Shown here: positions 24,877-37,684 of the stretch, in pieces | Position numbering within the stretch: position 1 is the first letter of the stretch | How the letters are laid out: each line of letters opens with the position of its first letter | The notes under the pieces: model-generated | Told to the model about the DNA's origin: nothing | What the model saw: the letters and a program-made list of their open reading frames with translations, nothing else | The model's database searches: none | Position numbers and translations under genes: made by a program | Assembly (NCBI GenBank): GCA_051047955.1 | Contig: JBPGPT010000027.1 | Coordinates: 62,001-126,000, forward strand | Length of the DNA stretch: 64,000 bases | Reading direction: 5' to 3' | DNA from: Cystobasidiomycetes sp. EMM_F5 | Lineage: Eukaryota

Positions 24877-25499
24877 GAAGTAGTTATCACAGCTTTACAT
24901 ACGGCGACTTGACTGGCAAACGATGCGCTGTGGACTTGCTCCCCCATCATTCAAGTCTGCCGCATTAGCCGCCTTGCCAGCTTTGCGGGATTCCAGCTTC
25001 GTCCGCAACTTCACATTACGCTCAGGCCATCTCCACTTTCCCTCATTCTGCTCCATAGCGTATACTGACCCCCTCGGGGGCTGACGGACTGAGCTGAGTT
25101 CCATCTGTCGAGTGGCAGTATACGCTGAAGGCGGCCCGTGCGCACACCGACTATTGGTACAAACGGTTGACCAAGCGCACCTGCGCGTCAGATGAGGTAA
25201 GCTAGAGCAGACTATTTAAACCATTGTTCTGCTCGAGTCTGCTGTTTCCTCCTTTCCTTCCTTTCAATCAATAATCTCTTGAACAACCCCCACTGCCAGA
25301 CTCTTTCATATCCTGCAGTTCATCCATAGCAGCTGACGATTCTACGGCTAGTACAGCGCTGTCCTTGTTTGCGCGTCTGTGCATCCAGTGTCGACGGATG
25401 ACTTTGCAGTTGCAGGTAACGGCTTTTTCTATCGAACTGGTTCAAGTCGGATCGTTGTGCTGACATGCAAAATCTGACAATCACACTAGTGACACCAGT

Positions 25500-28400
25500 A
25501 TGGCGCGCTGTGCAAAGATACGCAACCCAAAACAGCAAGCGAAGCAGAAGAAGAGTCGGGTGGCTAAAGTTGGTTCGAGCATCTTGTCAAACGACACTCC
25601 CGCTCTTCCTCCCAGGCGGAGCCCTCGATCAATAGGCAAAGTGAGTCACTTGCTAATCTTTGCGTGAGACTGTGATCCGCTCACGAAAGGCCAATCCGTA
25701 TACAACAGACAAGCGGTCCAACAGCGGTAGAAGCGGCAGTATCGCCACTTACAGCAGCCGACAGCAGCGACAAGGATGTTGTACAATCTACGTCTTCCAT
25801 GAAGTCCGGGCGGAAAGAGACTCCTCTGTTCCGTCCACCGTCCACGGACGATGAGACGGCTAAGCCGGGTTAGTTCAAGCGATTGCTCACGACCCATGCA
25901 TCTGGCTCATGCGTACTGTCTATACATGGTCACAGCTCACATGTTGCGCTACAAGCCTTCAAGCAACGATACAGACTATAGTGACGACAGTTTCCATACC
26001 ATTCCTTCATCCTCACGTGCCTCACTTCCCTGTTCACCACCTTCGTCCATCGTCTCCTTCGTCAAACATATTCAGAACAATACTCTGAGTACACACGCGG
26101 GCGAAGTAGCCATCTCTGCTGCTGCTCCTGTAATTGCAAGTGCAAAAAATGAAGAATCACGAAAAGTGGAGCCTGTCGCGGCTCGCAAAGAACAAGAAGA
26201 AACATGCAATCTAGCTAGCGCAACACCTCGTCGGAGCGCTAAGCGGCTCCCCGGATGGTACAGCTACGGCAACGACTCCGGAAGTGATACTGAGGATGCC
26301 TCCAAGCGCAAGCGCAAACTCTGTGAGAGTGACAGTCTTGACTATCCTACAAAACCTTCGAACGGCAAGAAGGTATGTAATTGCAGCAATAGACATATGC
26401 GCCTGCTAATTTGCTCTCTCTCTCTTTCTCTTCTTCCTATCATTACGGTACACGTTGCCCTCAGGTCCGGTTCGATGACCCTATTGCGATGCATCAGCAA
26501 TACCACACCAAGGCAGCACCTAGTGAAGTACAGCGTGCACCACCCTCGCCGACAAAGGTTGCCACGATAATGTCGTCTATACTGGTTCGACAAATCCCTG
26601 TAGGCGGACCACCTGCGCCGACAGAAACAGCCGTCAAGACTGCAGCAGCCACTGCCACGAGGGGCAGATCGTCGATGAAGTCGCGAGCGCCTCGTATGAA
26701 ATGTGGATCGATACCAGAGGTTTCGGATGACCACAACGTAGTTGGGCCTAGTGTCACGCGACTAGGCACGCTCCGCGCCTCAACGTTAAGGGGTCGGCTG
26801 ACTCCGGAAGTAAGTAATCTTGCAGAGTCATCTGAATCCGAAAGCTCGCACGGAGACTCCGTACAAGATGCCGACGATGAGGAGACACCTGTTTCAGAAG
26901 CGACCGGAACGTCCTGCGATACGTTCGCAGAAGCTGATGTGAATGCAGAAGACGATGCTTCTGATGCGGTGGAGGCTGCTTTGACGAAAACTCAAGCATC
27001 AGACATCAGTGCTGCAGAGTTGGGACGACTACTCATGGACTCTGACTTTGCTCACAACGTGTTGCCGGGCCATTTGACGATCGAAGAGCTCAGCGCAGCC
27101 ATCCTACTGGCAGGTCAGCAAAGAAGTACGTGTCAAGAAGAGATGACTCCGAAGCAGCTACCCCATTGCTCTGCAATATCTCAGGGGCCTCAGGACATGA
27201 TGATCAGTACCGAAGCAGCTGTTCCGGCCGCTTCGACCTCATCTTCTTTTGAAGCAAGTTGCCAGCTCATTCAGCGTCCTACGACGAGGACTGCCACTCA
27301 TGCTGATGGGGGTGTAACATTTCCTGCTGATAAGACGATACCGGTAACTGCCAATAAGAACGAGCAAGGCCAATCTGCGGGCACGCGTGTCGAAGGCAAG
27401 ACAGCTCTCGTGTCTTCCTCGAGCGAACGCGAAGACAGCCATGCTGATGTCCCGCACAACGGTGGCGATACGTCTATCTTTCACGACAACGTTGTTACGC
27501 TGTACAAACCTTCATCAGAAGCTTCCTCCAACCTCACCGAAGTTGTGCCAGCTGAGAGGGCACAGCTGCTGCCACACTACTCAGCTCCCATTGCTCCCAC
27601 TGTCATCAAAGACCAAACGAGCAATAACGTCCATCAAGGGGCAGCCCACATGTACAATGTCGAATTTAAAGATGAGTATCCCAACGACGATCTTCGGCGC
27701 ACATGGGATTCCCAGTCAGCATCTCTCGTGCAGCAAGCTAAGGATAGACGGCGTGCTGCGCATAGATCCGAGACATTCAAGAGTCGCATTCCCCGACTGG
27801 ATTCGGACGATGACTTGCCTCCTCCGTTGCGTTTCGACGATGCAGATGATAGCTCTGATGAAGCAATCATCAACCCGCCCGACCTGTCACAATATGTGCA
27901 GTATGGTTCAGACTACAGAATGCCAACTTCGTCTGCATCGCTGTCTCACGCACGGTATGCAATGTGGGAACGCGACGCACCTTATCATGACGATCATGAT
28001 GACGACATCCTCGAGCATCAGAGCTACCCGATGACGTGCCCGTCTTGTGCAAGTGGCAGTAGCAACATCGGAGTGCCCGTCGGCTCGTGCGTTTGCATGA
28101 CTTTGAATGATGGACCGGCTTATCACGCGCCCAGCAGACGCCCTCGACACGGCGAAGTAAGCCAGCGCCAGCGTCACGTCAATCAGCCAGTCTCAACGGC
28201 AGTACTACCAAGTGCTGCGACGTCCGCACCAAGATCGCCAGAGGAAAACGATGCGCATATAACGAAAGCACCGAGGCAAGAAGAGTATAGATTGACAGCG
28301 ATTTTCGACCCATCATCCTGTGATTCAAGAATGCAGACACACCATGATGACGGCACCCTTGCTCCTCGAGCACTTCAGCTTCACTCGTCCGACCTACCCC

Positions 28401-28927
28401 AAAGACCTTCGAGGGCGCAAGATGTGCTCGATGTGAAAGAGTTTCAGCAATGTTCATCTGGTTATTGGGACAAACAGTTCCAGCATGACTCGGTTAGGCA
28501 AGAAACAGCAGATTGCAACAACATTCGTCACCTGCCAACTTCCATTCCTGCCGCTCGAAATCAAGGACGGGAGCGAATACCACTGACTGCTGTGAATGAC
28601 TACCGCACTACTCGCAGATCATCGGAGACACAGTCTGCTCTTGACACTGCGGACGAGGCGTACCACCTACGGAGAACAGCTGAAGAAATGATGGGCAAAT
28701 CTGGCACTACAGCGCGTGCAATCGGAACGCGTCGTCAAAACCACAGAATGATCAGCCAAATGCAAGGCGTCACTATGGCACGCCGAGACTCACGTACTTC
28801 ACTTCATTCTGAACGCGTACCCGTCAGCATCACGGGCCTGAGACCTCGTGACAATGGGCAGCGGCGCAGACGGTATGTATAGTGCACGCAACTTCACAAG
28901 ACAGCAGATTGGTCAGAGGATCCTGAA
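25500..28927 (+). CDS. Large low-complexity hypothetical protein, multi-exon
   Basis: ATG 25500 (MARCAKIRNPKQ...), canonical donors at about 25641, 25869, 26373 and 28873, and an 823-aa open exon. No recognisable domain. A TATTTAAA and CT-rich tract lie upstream at about 25213-25265. Confidence 0.6.
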
Positions 28928-29203
28928 GTGTAACACTTGAACATGCACACAGTGGGTAGTGCACCTGTTCGGAAACGAATTAGCCACAAGTCGAGAATGG
29001 CCGCGATGTCGGCCCGAAGCAGATCGTGAACACAACGCCGATATTGTCAGTAATCGATATTAGCAAGTCGCGTCGGTTAGGATACTTGTAACAGTACTGT
29101 CAAATGTACACTGCTCCTAGCGGGCACTATTCGTGAAACAGATAGAAGACCAGTAGCCTATAAGTCATGAAGATTGAGGTCGACGCTGTGATGCGTGAAA
29201 TTG

Positions 29204-32200
29204 TTACTCGAGCCCTTCAAAAGCATCGTTGACGTATTTCTTGATCTCGGCATAATGTGACTTTTTGCTTCCAGTAGCAACGGACGAAGTTGGGATTCGG
29301 CTGGCAACCTTGACACGCTTGCCTTTGTGGTGTTCGGTGTTGTCCATTGCCGTTTCTATCCGTGTGGAGACATATCCCCAGGCTCCGCTGTTGAGCGGCT
29401 CTTCTTGCACCCACATAACCTCAGCGTTCTTGTACTTGTCCAGCGATGGGACAATGAGATCGTATGGTAGCGGAGAGATTTGTTCAACTCGGGAGATAAC
29501 TACATTCTTCAGACCTCGGGACTCGCGTTCCTGCAGCAGTTGGTAATACGTTTGTCCGCAACACAGCTGAAAAGGGTATCCTAATTAGCAAAATCGAAGC
29601 GAATTCAGAGCAAATTGATCTTACAATGTGCCGCTTAATGTCGTCTGGGGAGTCGAGGCTTTCTGGGTGGCTATCCGGAATATATCGCTGGAAGTGCGTG
29701 CCCGGACCCATTTCCTCGAGCGACGACTTGGCCAAGGGGTGTCGGAGTAGAGCTTTGGAGAAGAAGATGATAAGGCTGGCAGTAGCGTATAATTAGCGGC
29801 AGCAACGGACGAAATTTGTCTCGTGACTCACGGCTTTCGGAAGTCACGGTGGATTTGGCGACGAAGAACGTGGAAGTAGTTGGCAGGGGTGGTCATGTAG
29901 ACGACTTGCATGTTACAGTCTTGATGCTGTCGCGCGATTTTCTCTTCTGACGGGAAAATCATAGGATGATCATCACACAGCTGCAAGAATCTCTCGATAC
30001 GAGCAGACGAATGTTCTGGGCCTTGTCCATCGTATCCGTGCGGTAATGACATTGTCAATCCCGTTCGTTGCAACCATTTCCGCTCGCCGGAGCAGATGAA
30101 TTGATCAATCATTACTTGCGCAGTATTAGCAAAATCACCGACTGAAAACGACGTCAGCGGTATGGACACGAATAGGCTACGTGAACATACATTGAGCTTC
30201 CCAGATATCAAGTAGATTCGGGTCGACCAGAGAATAACCAAGTTCGAAGCCAAGACAGCCGTACTCGGAGAGATGAGAGTTGCAGATGGTAAGTTGTGTC
30301 TGGTCTTTGCTAAGGTGATTGAGGGGCATGAAACGTTCGCCAGTCTCCTGATCGTGAAGGACAGCATGACGTTGCGAAAATGTACCACGCTCAACATCCT
30401 GTCCAGACAAGCGAATTGCATTGCCCTCCAATGCCAGAGTGCCGAAAGCCAATGCTTCCGCAGTTGACCAGTCTAGTCCTTCTCCGTCTTCACAAGCTTT
30501 GCCTCTCGCGGCAATAATACGCTGCAAATTCTTGTGAATCTTGAAGTCGGATGGGTAGGTGCTAATGCCTTTTCCAACATCTTTGAGCTTTTGGATATCG
30601 AGACCGGTTGGCCTGGCTTCCAAGATGTTGGTCTTCAGCTCCTTTGGCGATGGGAAGCCATCCCAAGATGACGAAAGCCACTCTCGCGAAGTCGCCTGAT
30701 ATTCTTTGGATCCCTCAAATGCCTTTTCCAGCATACCCCAAACCCACTTCTTGTGCTTCTCGACCTCTTCACTTTTAAATGTACCCTCATCAATAAGTCT
30801 TTGCGCATAGAGCTCGAGCGTGGGCGTATGTTTGGCAATGGCCGAGTACATCTTTGGTTGCGTAAACATCGGTTGATCCGTTTCATTGTGACCGTGTTTT
30901 CTGTAGCAGACGACATCGAGGACCACATCCTTTCCAAACTTGGCGCGCCAGTCGGCAGCGAGTTGCGAAACAAACGTGACTGCTTCTGGGTCGTCGCCGT
31001 TGACATGGAAGATTGGAGCATCGATAGCTTTAGCAATATCAGACGGGTACGGCGTGGAACGACCTTGGCGGGGATCGGTAGTGAATCCGATTTGGTTGTT
31101 TACGATGAGGTGGATTGTGCCGCCAGTTCCGTAGTTTGGTAAGTCATAGAAGCCCATTGTCTCGTATACCACACCTTGCCCTGCGAAAGCGGCATCACCG
31201 TGCAACAATACAGCCATTGCCGTCTTGACATCATCGTTGCCGTCAAAGACCTGTAGCGCGCGCGTCTTGCCGAGTACGACGGGGTCTGCTGCTTCGAGAT
31301 GTGAAGGGTTGGCCACAAGGGACAGAGCGACGCGTTTTCCGGACGGCGTAGGACGGACATAGTTTGCACCGAGATGGTACTTTACATCGCCGCCACCTTC
31401 CTGCTCTGGGTCGACTGAACCGGTAAACTCGCTCAGGATGGCTTCGATGGGTTTGCGAATGACATTGGCGAGTACATTCAGTCTACCTCTGTGCGGCATA
31501 CCAATGACGACGCTCTTGACGCCCGCGTCGACCGAACGGTCGATGAGCGCCTTCATACCGGGAATCAAGGCTTCTCCACCTTCCAGACCAAAGCGCTTCT
31601 CGTTTGGAAACTTGCTTGCAATAAATCGCTCAAACGAGTCTGACCATATCATACGGTCGAGAATCATTCGCTTCTCGTCGACAGAGTATTTCCAAGGCTG
31701 CGGCTTTTCGAAGTGAGAACGCAACCAGTCGCACTCGTCTCGGTTAGGGATGTGAAGGTACTGCACACCTATACTTGAGCAATAGATGCGCTCGAGTGCG
31801 GCAATGAGGTCTTTGAGGGTCATTTTTGTGATGCCGGCTTCTGCAAAGTGTGGCAAGATACCAGGGCCTGTTGAAAATTCCTTTGACAAATCACTCTCGG
31901 TCCAGCCATAGTGGTCGAGAGTGAGTTCGACGGGGATTCTGCTGTCGAGGTCGGCTTGTAGTAGACCTAGCGGATCAAGCTTTGCTTTGTGGTGACCCCT
32001 GACTTGGTAGGCACGAACGAGCAGTTGGACCTGTGCGACGGAACCAGAGTATTAGCAGGGTTCTGTAAGATGCTGAGGCGAGCGCTGCAGGTTGAAGAAG
32101 GCCGCTCCGCAAGCGACAGCAAAAGTGGTCGGTGGTGCCTGCAGCGTGCGGCCCCGCTTCGAGCCCAACACGACCATGTTTCACTCGCCTTTTGATGGTC

Positions 32201-32681
32201 CTCGTTCCCGCTCATGTCTCTGCTGGTCGACGTCTGTGGAGCGCTCTCCATTGCACCCGTATCGACCAGATTCGGGGGCGGCCTGAAAGCATCTTCGGAT
32301 CTGATTCCTCTCGACATTCCGCTAAAGTAGACGTTCCAGGACGGGTGCACGCTGTTGGGGTCTTCCTTCCACAGCTTGTACATCTCCTCTGCGTAGTATC
32401 GCGAGTCTCCGCGCAAGAATGCTGCATTGATTACCATTGTCAGCCCAAACCATTCCCAAATCAGTATCCAAACTCCCAGACTCGCCGTCATTCGGACTCG
32501 GAGCCTTGTGCAAGTCTGTCGCAGTAGCCAGTCCGCGGTCTTGCTGCTTTTTAAAGACGGCCGTCGAGCTGAAACTCCTCAATCCTGCAGTTGCGGTCAC
32601 TGATGGCGGCCCTCTATGCCGCAGGCTGCTCCTCGCCGTCGCCAGCAATGCCCGCTGACCGAGCCTCATTGCTGTTGCCAT
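29204..32681 (-). CDS. KGD1: Mitochondrial 2-oxoglutarate dehydrogenase E1
   Basis: Presequence; [84 protein letters not shown]. Confidence 0.97.
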
Positions 32682-32917
32682 GGCTGGTTGTGTTTTGTTA
32701 TTTGTGCTGCACTTGGTCCCAATTCAAAAGCTTTTGCAAGTATTTACATTGGTCAAAGGCGCTCTGCGGAGTTCAGAGTGGCCGTCCCCGGAATTAGCCG
32801 GGCAGAGTTAGATAGAATGCGCAAACACGACAGGCGACACAGAGAAAGAGATTGCCATGTTATTGCATAGAACAACAGTAGTATTTGAAATGGTCCAGCT
32901 CAGAGTGAGCCGATGGA

Positions 32918-35900
32918 CTATACAGTCGGATCTGAAGTGCCCGCCGCAACAGCTGCAAAAGTAAAGGCCTCCTCTTCGTCCTCACCCTTGGCCGTGTCTT
33001 CCATGCTCGCTGATGAGAATGCTTGGTTCGCCGCAGATTCCAATGTAAGCACGAGCGGCGGATGCCTCCCAGTGCTGCTCTCGCCGGCAAGTCCCGCAAC
33101 GACCAACGCATCCAGGTCAAGGTCGCTACTGCTCGCCCGATCCGCTTCCTCCCCTGCAGAGGCTGAAAAGACATCATCAATGTCCGACGCCGTAACGGCA
33201 CTGTCATCCAACTCTGCCATCTCCGACTCGATGTCTGTCAATGCTGAACTTCCAGGAGAATGGTGCGCCGATACTTGAAAGTCTTCAATGTCTGTATGGT
33301 ACGCTTCATTCTTAACCTCGTCTACATCTACTTCTGGCTCCACTTTGACGGCGCTCATGAGGCCTACGGCCCCAAAAGACGTTCCACCAAAGTCGGAGGG
33401 TTCGTCATGTAGCGATGGAAATGGCAGCGATCGCAGTTCGGGAGCTGATGGTACAGGCGGAAGCGGGATCCCCGATGTACTGTGTTGTGACACTACATCA
33501 AACTTGCCAGCAGTGAGAGGCTTGATTCCTGCTGGAGTATTTGGTGCTGCTGGAGGGAAGTGTTCATCGACTGCGCCTGCTTCAGAGACTGCATCCTCTG
33601 CCGTATCGTCAAAGTCGTTTTCATCTGTACCGTCCGCTGGAGTACGAAGTTCTGGGAAGAAGTCGAAAACTAGCAGTCCTCACTTCAGCCCGCCGGTAAC
33701 ACTGCATCAACAATAAAACTACCCACTTTCCAATTCCGAGATGCCGTCCCTTTGAACAGCAGCGACGCAGAATCTGTCTCCCATATTGACCTGCCATACA
33801 TTGTTCATATTTTCAAGCACGTCTCTGATAACGACGCCCCTCCGAATATCCCATATCCGCAATTGCCCGTCCGCACCCGAAACGACGCGGAAATCATCGT
33901 GCTTGAAACACGTGATGGCGCCTGCGTTGGCTTGGAGGGTGTCTATGCAGGTTCCCGCTACCGGGTCCCATACCTTCAGCGTTGAATCTGCTCCGGCACT
34001 GACTAGGAAATGGTACGACAGTCCAAGCAGTCCGACAAGTGACGAATGTCCATCGAGTCGTAACAGCTGCTCTCCCGTCTCGATTGACCAGATTCGAACA
34101 GATCCGTCCATCGACCCCGACGCACATCGCTTTCGCACATGATCCAACGTGACGGAATATACCTTCTGCTGATGTCCTCGCAAGACGGAACGGCAAGTCC
34201 CGCTTAAAAGATCCCAGATACGTAGCGTAAAATCGTACGATCCGCTGACGAGCGTGCGACCATGTGCCGCTAATGCTCGTACGGCCAACGAATGTCCCTT
34301 GAGCAAGAGCAGGTGGAAAGGGTTTTCGCGTGGACCGCAAGGTCGGTCTACTTCGCTAGGAGAGGGTGGAGCATACGACTCGCGCATAGTCTGTTTGGGA
34401 TTAGGAAGCTTCCACACGCGCAATGTCCAGTCCCTGGAACCCGTCACAATAAGCGGGTATGGAGGTTCCCAGACAGGTGGACCATTGATATCAGGATTAA
34501 CTGTCAGGTACATAATCAGCTGCGGCTGTCGTGTCAGGGCAATCGAGACTTACCATTGACAGGCTCGACGATCTGTAAGCACCGCACGGTACTCGTATGT
34601 CCAGTAAAGACATGCGTGCAAAGACCAGTCGTCAGATCCCAGATCCGCAAAGTCCGGTCTGTGCTACCAGAGACCAGGACATTGCCGATATACTGCAAGG
34701 CCCATACGCCACCTTCATGGCCATGCAAGCGGGATGTGCGCTCGCCGGTGACAATATCGTACACATCGATGAATGGATCGTCCGAAGCCGATACTAGTTT
34801 GGAGTTATCGAATTGTAGACACGTCACCACGGATGAATGGCCTGCTGCCACAGTCACTCTGCGTGGTGGTGCAGGTCTCGCCCAATGATGCGCAATGGCT
34901 TTGCGTTTCTTGTAAAGCAATTTCAGGGGATGCACATAGTCGCTGGACCGCTTTCTCGAGTTCTGACTTGTAGTAAGCGTAGAATGGATGGGAAGAATTT
35001 GCATAGGAGCCTCATTGCCTAACGTAGGAGAAGCTGGCATGGGCCTGCTGCCCCCTTCGCTATTGTACAGCTTTGTTGTTGATCGGCGAAGCTTTCTTAC
35101 AAGTCTGTCAGGCTTGACATCAGGCATGTTTGGTCCAGCAGCACCGCTGGGACGAGGGACTGCCGCTCGAGCCGCTGCTATCTTTATGTTGGCGGGCACT
35201 GCTGCCGTCTTGAGACTGAGACTATGATCCCAAACGCCATGTTTCCACCGTTGTAGGAATGCCTGGCTTTGATGATCCTGCATAGCAAGCAATTCTCTAA
35301 TGCTCCGCTCAGCACCCGTTCGAAGATTTCTGGCACCGTGTCGACTCAGACTTGCCGCTTCGGCATCTTCAGTCTTTTCCGGATCAGAGTCGCCAACCCA
35401 CAAACGGTCACGCTTCAGCAGATTTGCCCAAAGACGGCCCTGCCCATTGATACAGCCGCGCCACGAATGCGAAACCAGCGTACATGACAGCACATCACGA
35501 AAGTCTAGCTGAGATAGGATGAGTGCCGCAAGTTCCGGTGGTAGGTCGGTTATAAAGTCTCGCTTGAGTGCAGGTGTCAACAGAGCATTGACATGCTGTA
35601 ATACGCCAACAGGTACGTGCTTGAGAAGTTGGGAAAACACGTGAAATTGCGTACTCGAAGGTAGTGCTGCGAATTCTTGGACGAGGGACGGGAGGGAGAG
35701 AATGACTGCCATTTCTCTGCTCTTCATGAGGGTTTCCGGGATCTGTTCTAAGTCTGTTGTAGTAGTCTCGGTGGTTTCGATCACTTGCTCATGCGCAGGC
35801 GGATACACATGGCTGCGAAGAACAGCGTCGCTTGAGCTAGTTTCGCCTGCCACAAAGGCGTCATGATGACTGCTGATCAAGGGTATGAGCTCGCTTTCCT

Positions 35901-36822
35901 GAGACTCTAACTCACTTGCAGATATCCTAGGCGACAAATTCGGACTCGGTAGAACGGCTTCGGTATGCGGTGCTGTGAGAACACCACCAGACACTGACTG
36001 CTCATGGTCTTCGTATGTAGTGAGGTGTTGCAGAAGGTGCGGGTTGTCTGCATTCGGTGAAGACTTTCGGATGCGATCTTCGAGAAAGAAAGAATTGTCG
36101 GGAGTGTGCAACATTGAAGAAGGAGGTTGAATGGAGAAGGGCTTGTGTATGCTCCTGGCCTCGAAGTCGGTCAGGGCCAAACCATCGTCGGAGGTCTGTC
36201 GAGGGCGTTTAAGCGGACGCACAATTAAACTGCTGCCCGGTGTAACATGCGAAGCTGGTGATGACTGCAGAATGCTAGGCCGTGGAGAGTCAGGACCTCG
36301 GGGACTGTTGCTGAATAGTCGCGCTTCGTCCTCGGGGCGCATACGCTTCTTGCCTTTGGGATCCAAGATTGACGCTCCCGAGTTTGCCAGATTTGGCTGG
36401 GCTGGCACAGCAAGTGTACTCTGAGCAGAATATGTAGCCTTGATTGCGTTGCTCGGATTCTGCCCCTCTCCGACTATCCGGAAATCAAACTGTTTACTGA
36501 TACTGAACGCGTCTGGAGCATTGCTGGCGGCATTAGACGTCGAGGTGCTACTTTGCTCAACGTCGAGTTTAGCATTGCGATACTGCGCTGCGTTGTCATT
36601 CACGGCGAAATGTAGCGGATACCTGCGCCTGTCCTCTGCGTAGTTGCCAGACAATATCGGAGAAGCGGGTCGCGGTACACGAACCGGAGCATGGTGGATA
36701 GTGGTCGTAGTGGTTGTAGTGACTACAGTCTGGCGTACTGAAGGCTGTATGTGAATAAAGGCATGGCGGCTGTCGTCGTTTGGATTACTCGGCCATTTCG
36801 AAGACGATGGTGACGGATCCAT
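32918..36822 (-). CDS. CDC4: Cdc4-like F-box/WD40 SCF substrate receptor
   Basis: N-terminal QTVVTTTTTTT, F-box LKRDFITDLPPEL...VSHSWR, WD40 repeats (VVTCLQFD, GHEGGVWAL, GHTSTVRCL, VTGSRDWTLRVW) and an acidic C-terminal exon. Confidence 0.9.
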
Positions 36823-37190
36823 CGGTGCGCAGGGCTAAGACCAATATCTGATGCCAGGGATGTGAAGAATGTGGGCACGTTCAGGACGAATCGACTGGCC
36901 ACGCTGGGTTGGAATTGTAGGGTTCTGGCGCCAATTGACCAGCTGGGCGTATGGAGCGGATGTCGTCCAGCGACAAGTCTTCCGCTTGATGCAGTGGTGC
37001 CCGTCTTATAAGACAGTGTAGCTCTGTTCTGGCAACCAGGCAGGTGTGGTTGGATATCTGAAACCAAGTCCTTTACGCGACTCTGGGGAAACGATCGACA
37101 AAGACGATACATAGCATTATTACTTCTGCTGACAATGAAGCGACTACGATGACCTTCTACCGCTTTATGTATTAGCCTTAAACGAATCAT

Positions 37191-37435
37191 CTACGAAGAC
37201 CTTCTACCGTAGGGCTCAAACGGCATGGCAGCTGAAAGGGCCGCCAGAACGATGAAAAGAGCAGCGCAGAGGTACACTGGAACCGCCGTAGAAGGATCGG
37301 CGTACGTAGCTACCAGAGCTGACATGATACCCATTATGCGGTTGAAGCCAACACTGTGCAACAACCGCCGTCAGAGAGTATCGCTTTCAACATGGGCTAA
37401 ACTTACGCTATCCCGTTGCCTGTTGTTCGATGAGT
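37191..37435 (-). pseudogene. 3' fragment (last two TM helices) of an MFS transporter
   Basis: Exons 37407-37435 and 37191-37353 give THRTTGNGIA|VGFNRIMGIMSALVATYADPSTAVPVYLCAALFIVLAALSAAMPFEPYGRRSS*. There is no room for the rest of the gene before the UGA1 stop at 37685. Confidence 0.7.
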
Positions 37436-37684
37436 CTGTGTGTGCCGCGATCAGTGTTATGTCTACCTCTGACTGATGGCGAAAGAAGGTGGAAGTGACG
37501 GTTGCTCATTGATATTGGGAAGGTCTTACAGATTCTGCTTGATTATACTCGGGTCTTGGCGACAGGCTGTCTTCTTATCTACGAGTTTGTCGTTGTACTA
37601 TTGTCAATTGGCGAGCCTGTCCTATCGCGTAATATAGGCGTAGATTGATACCTTGCAACTACGGAATGCGACTTCATGCGCGTT

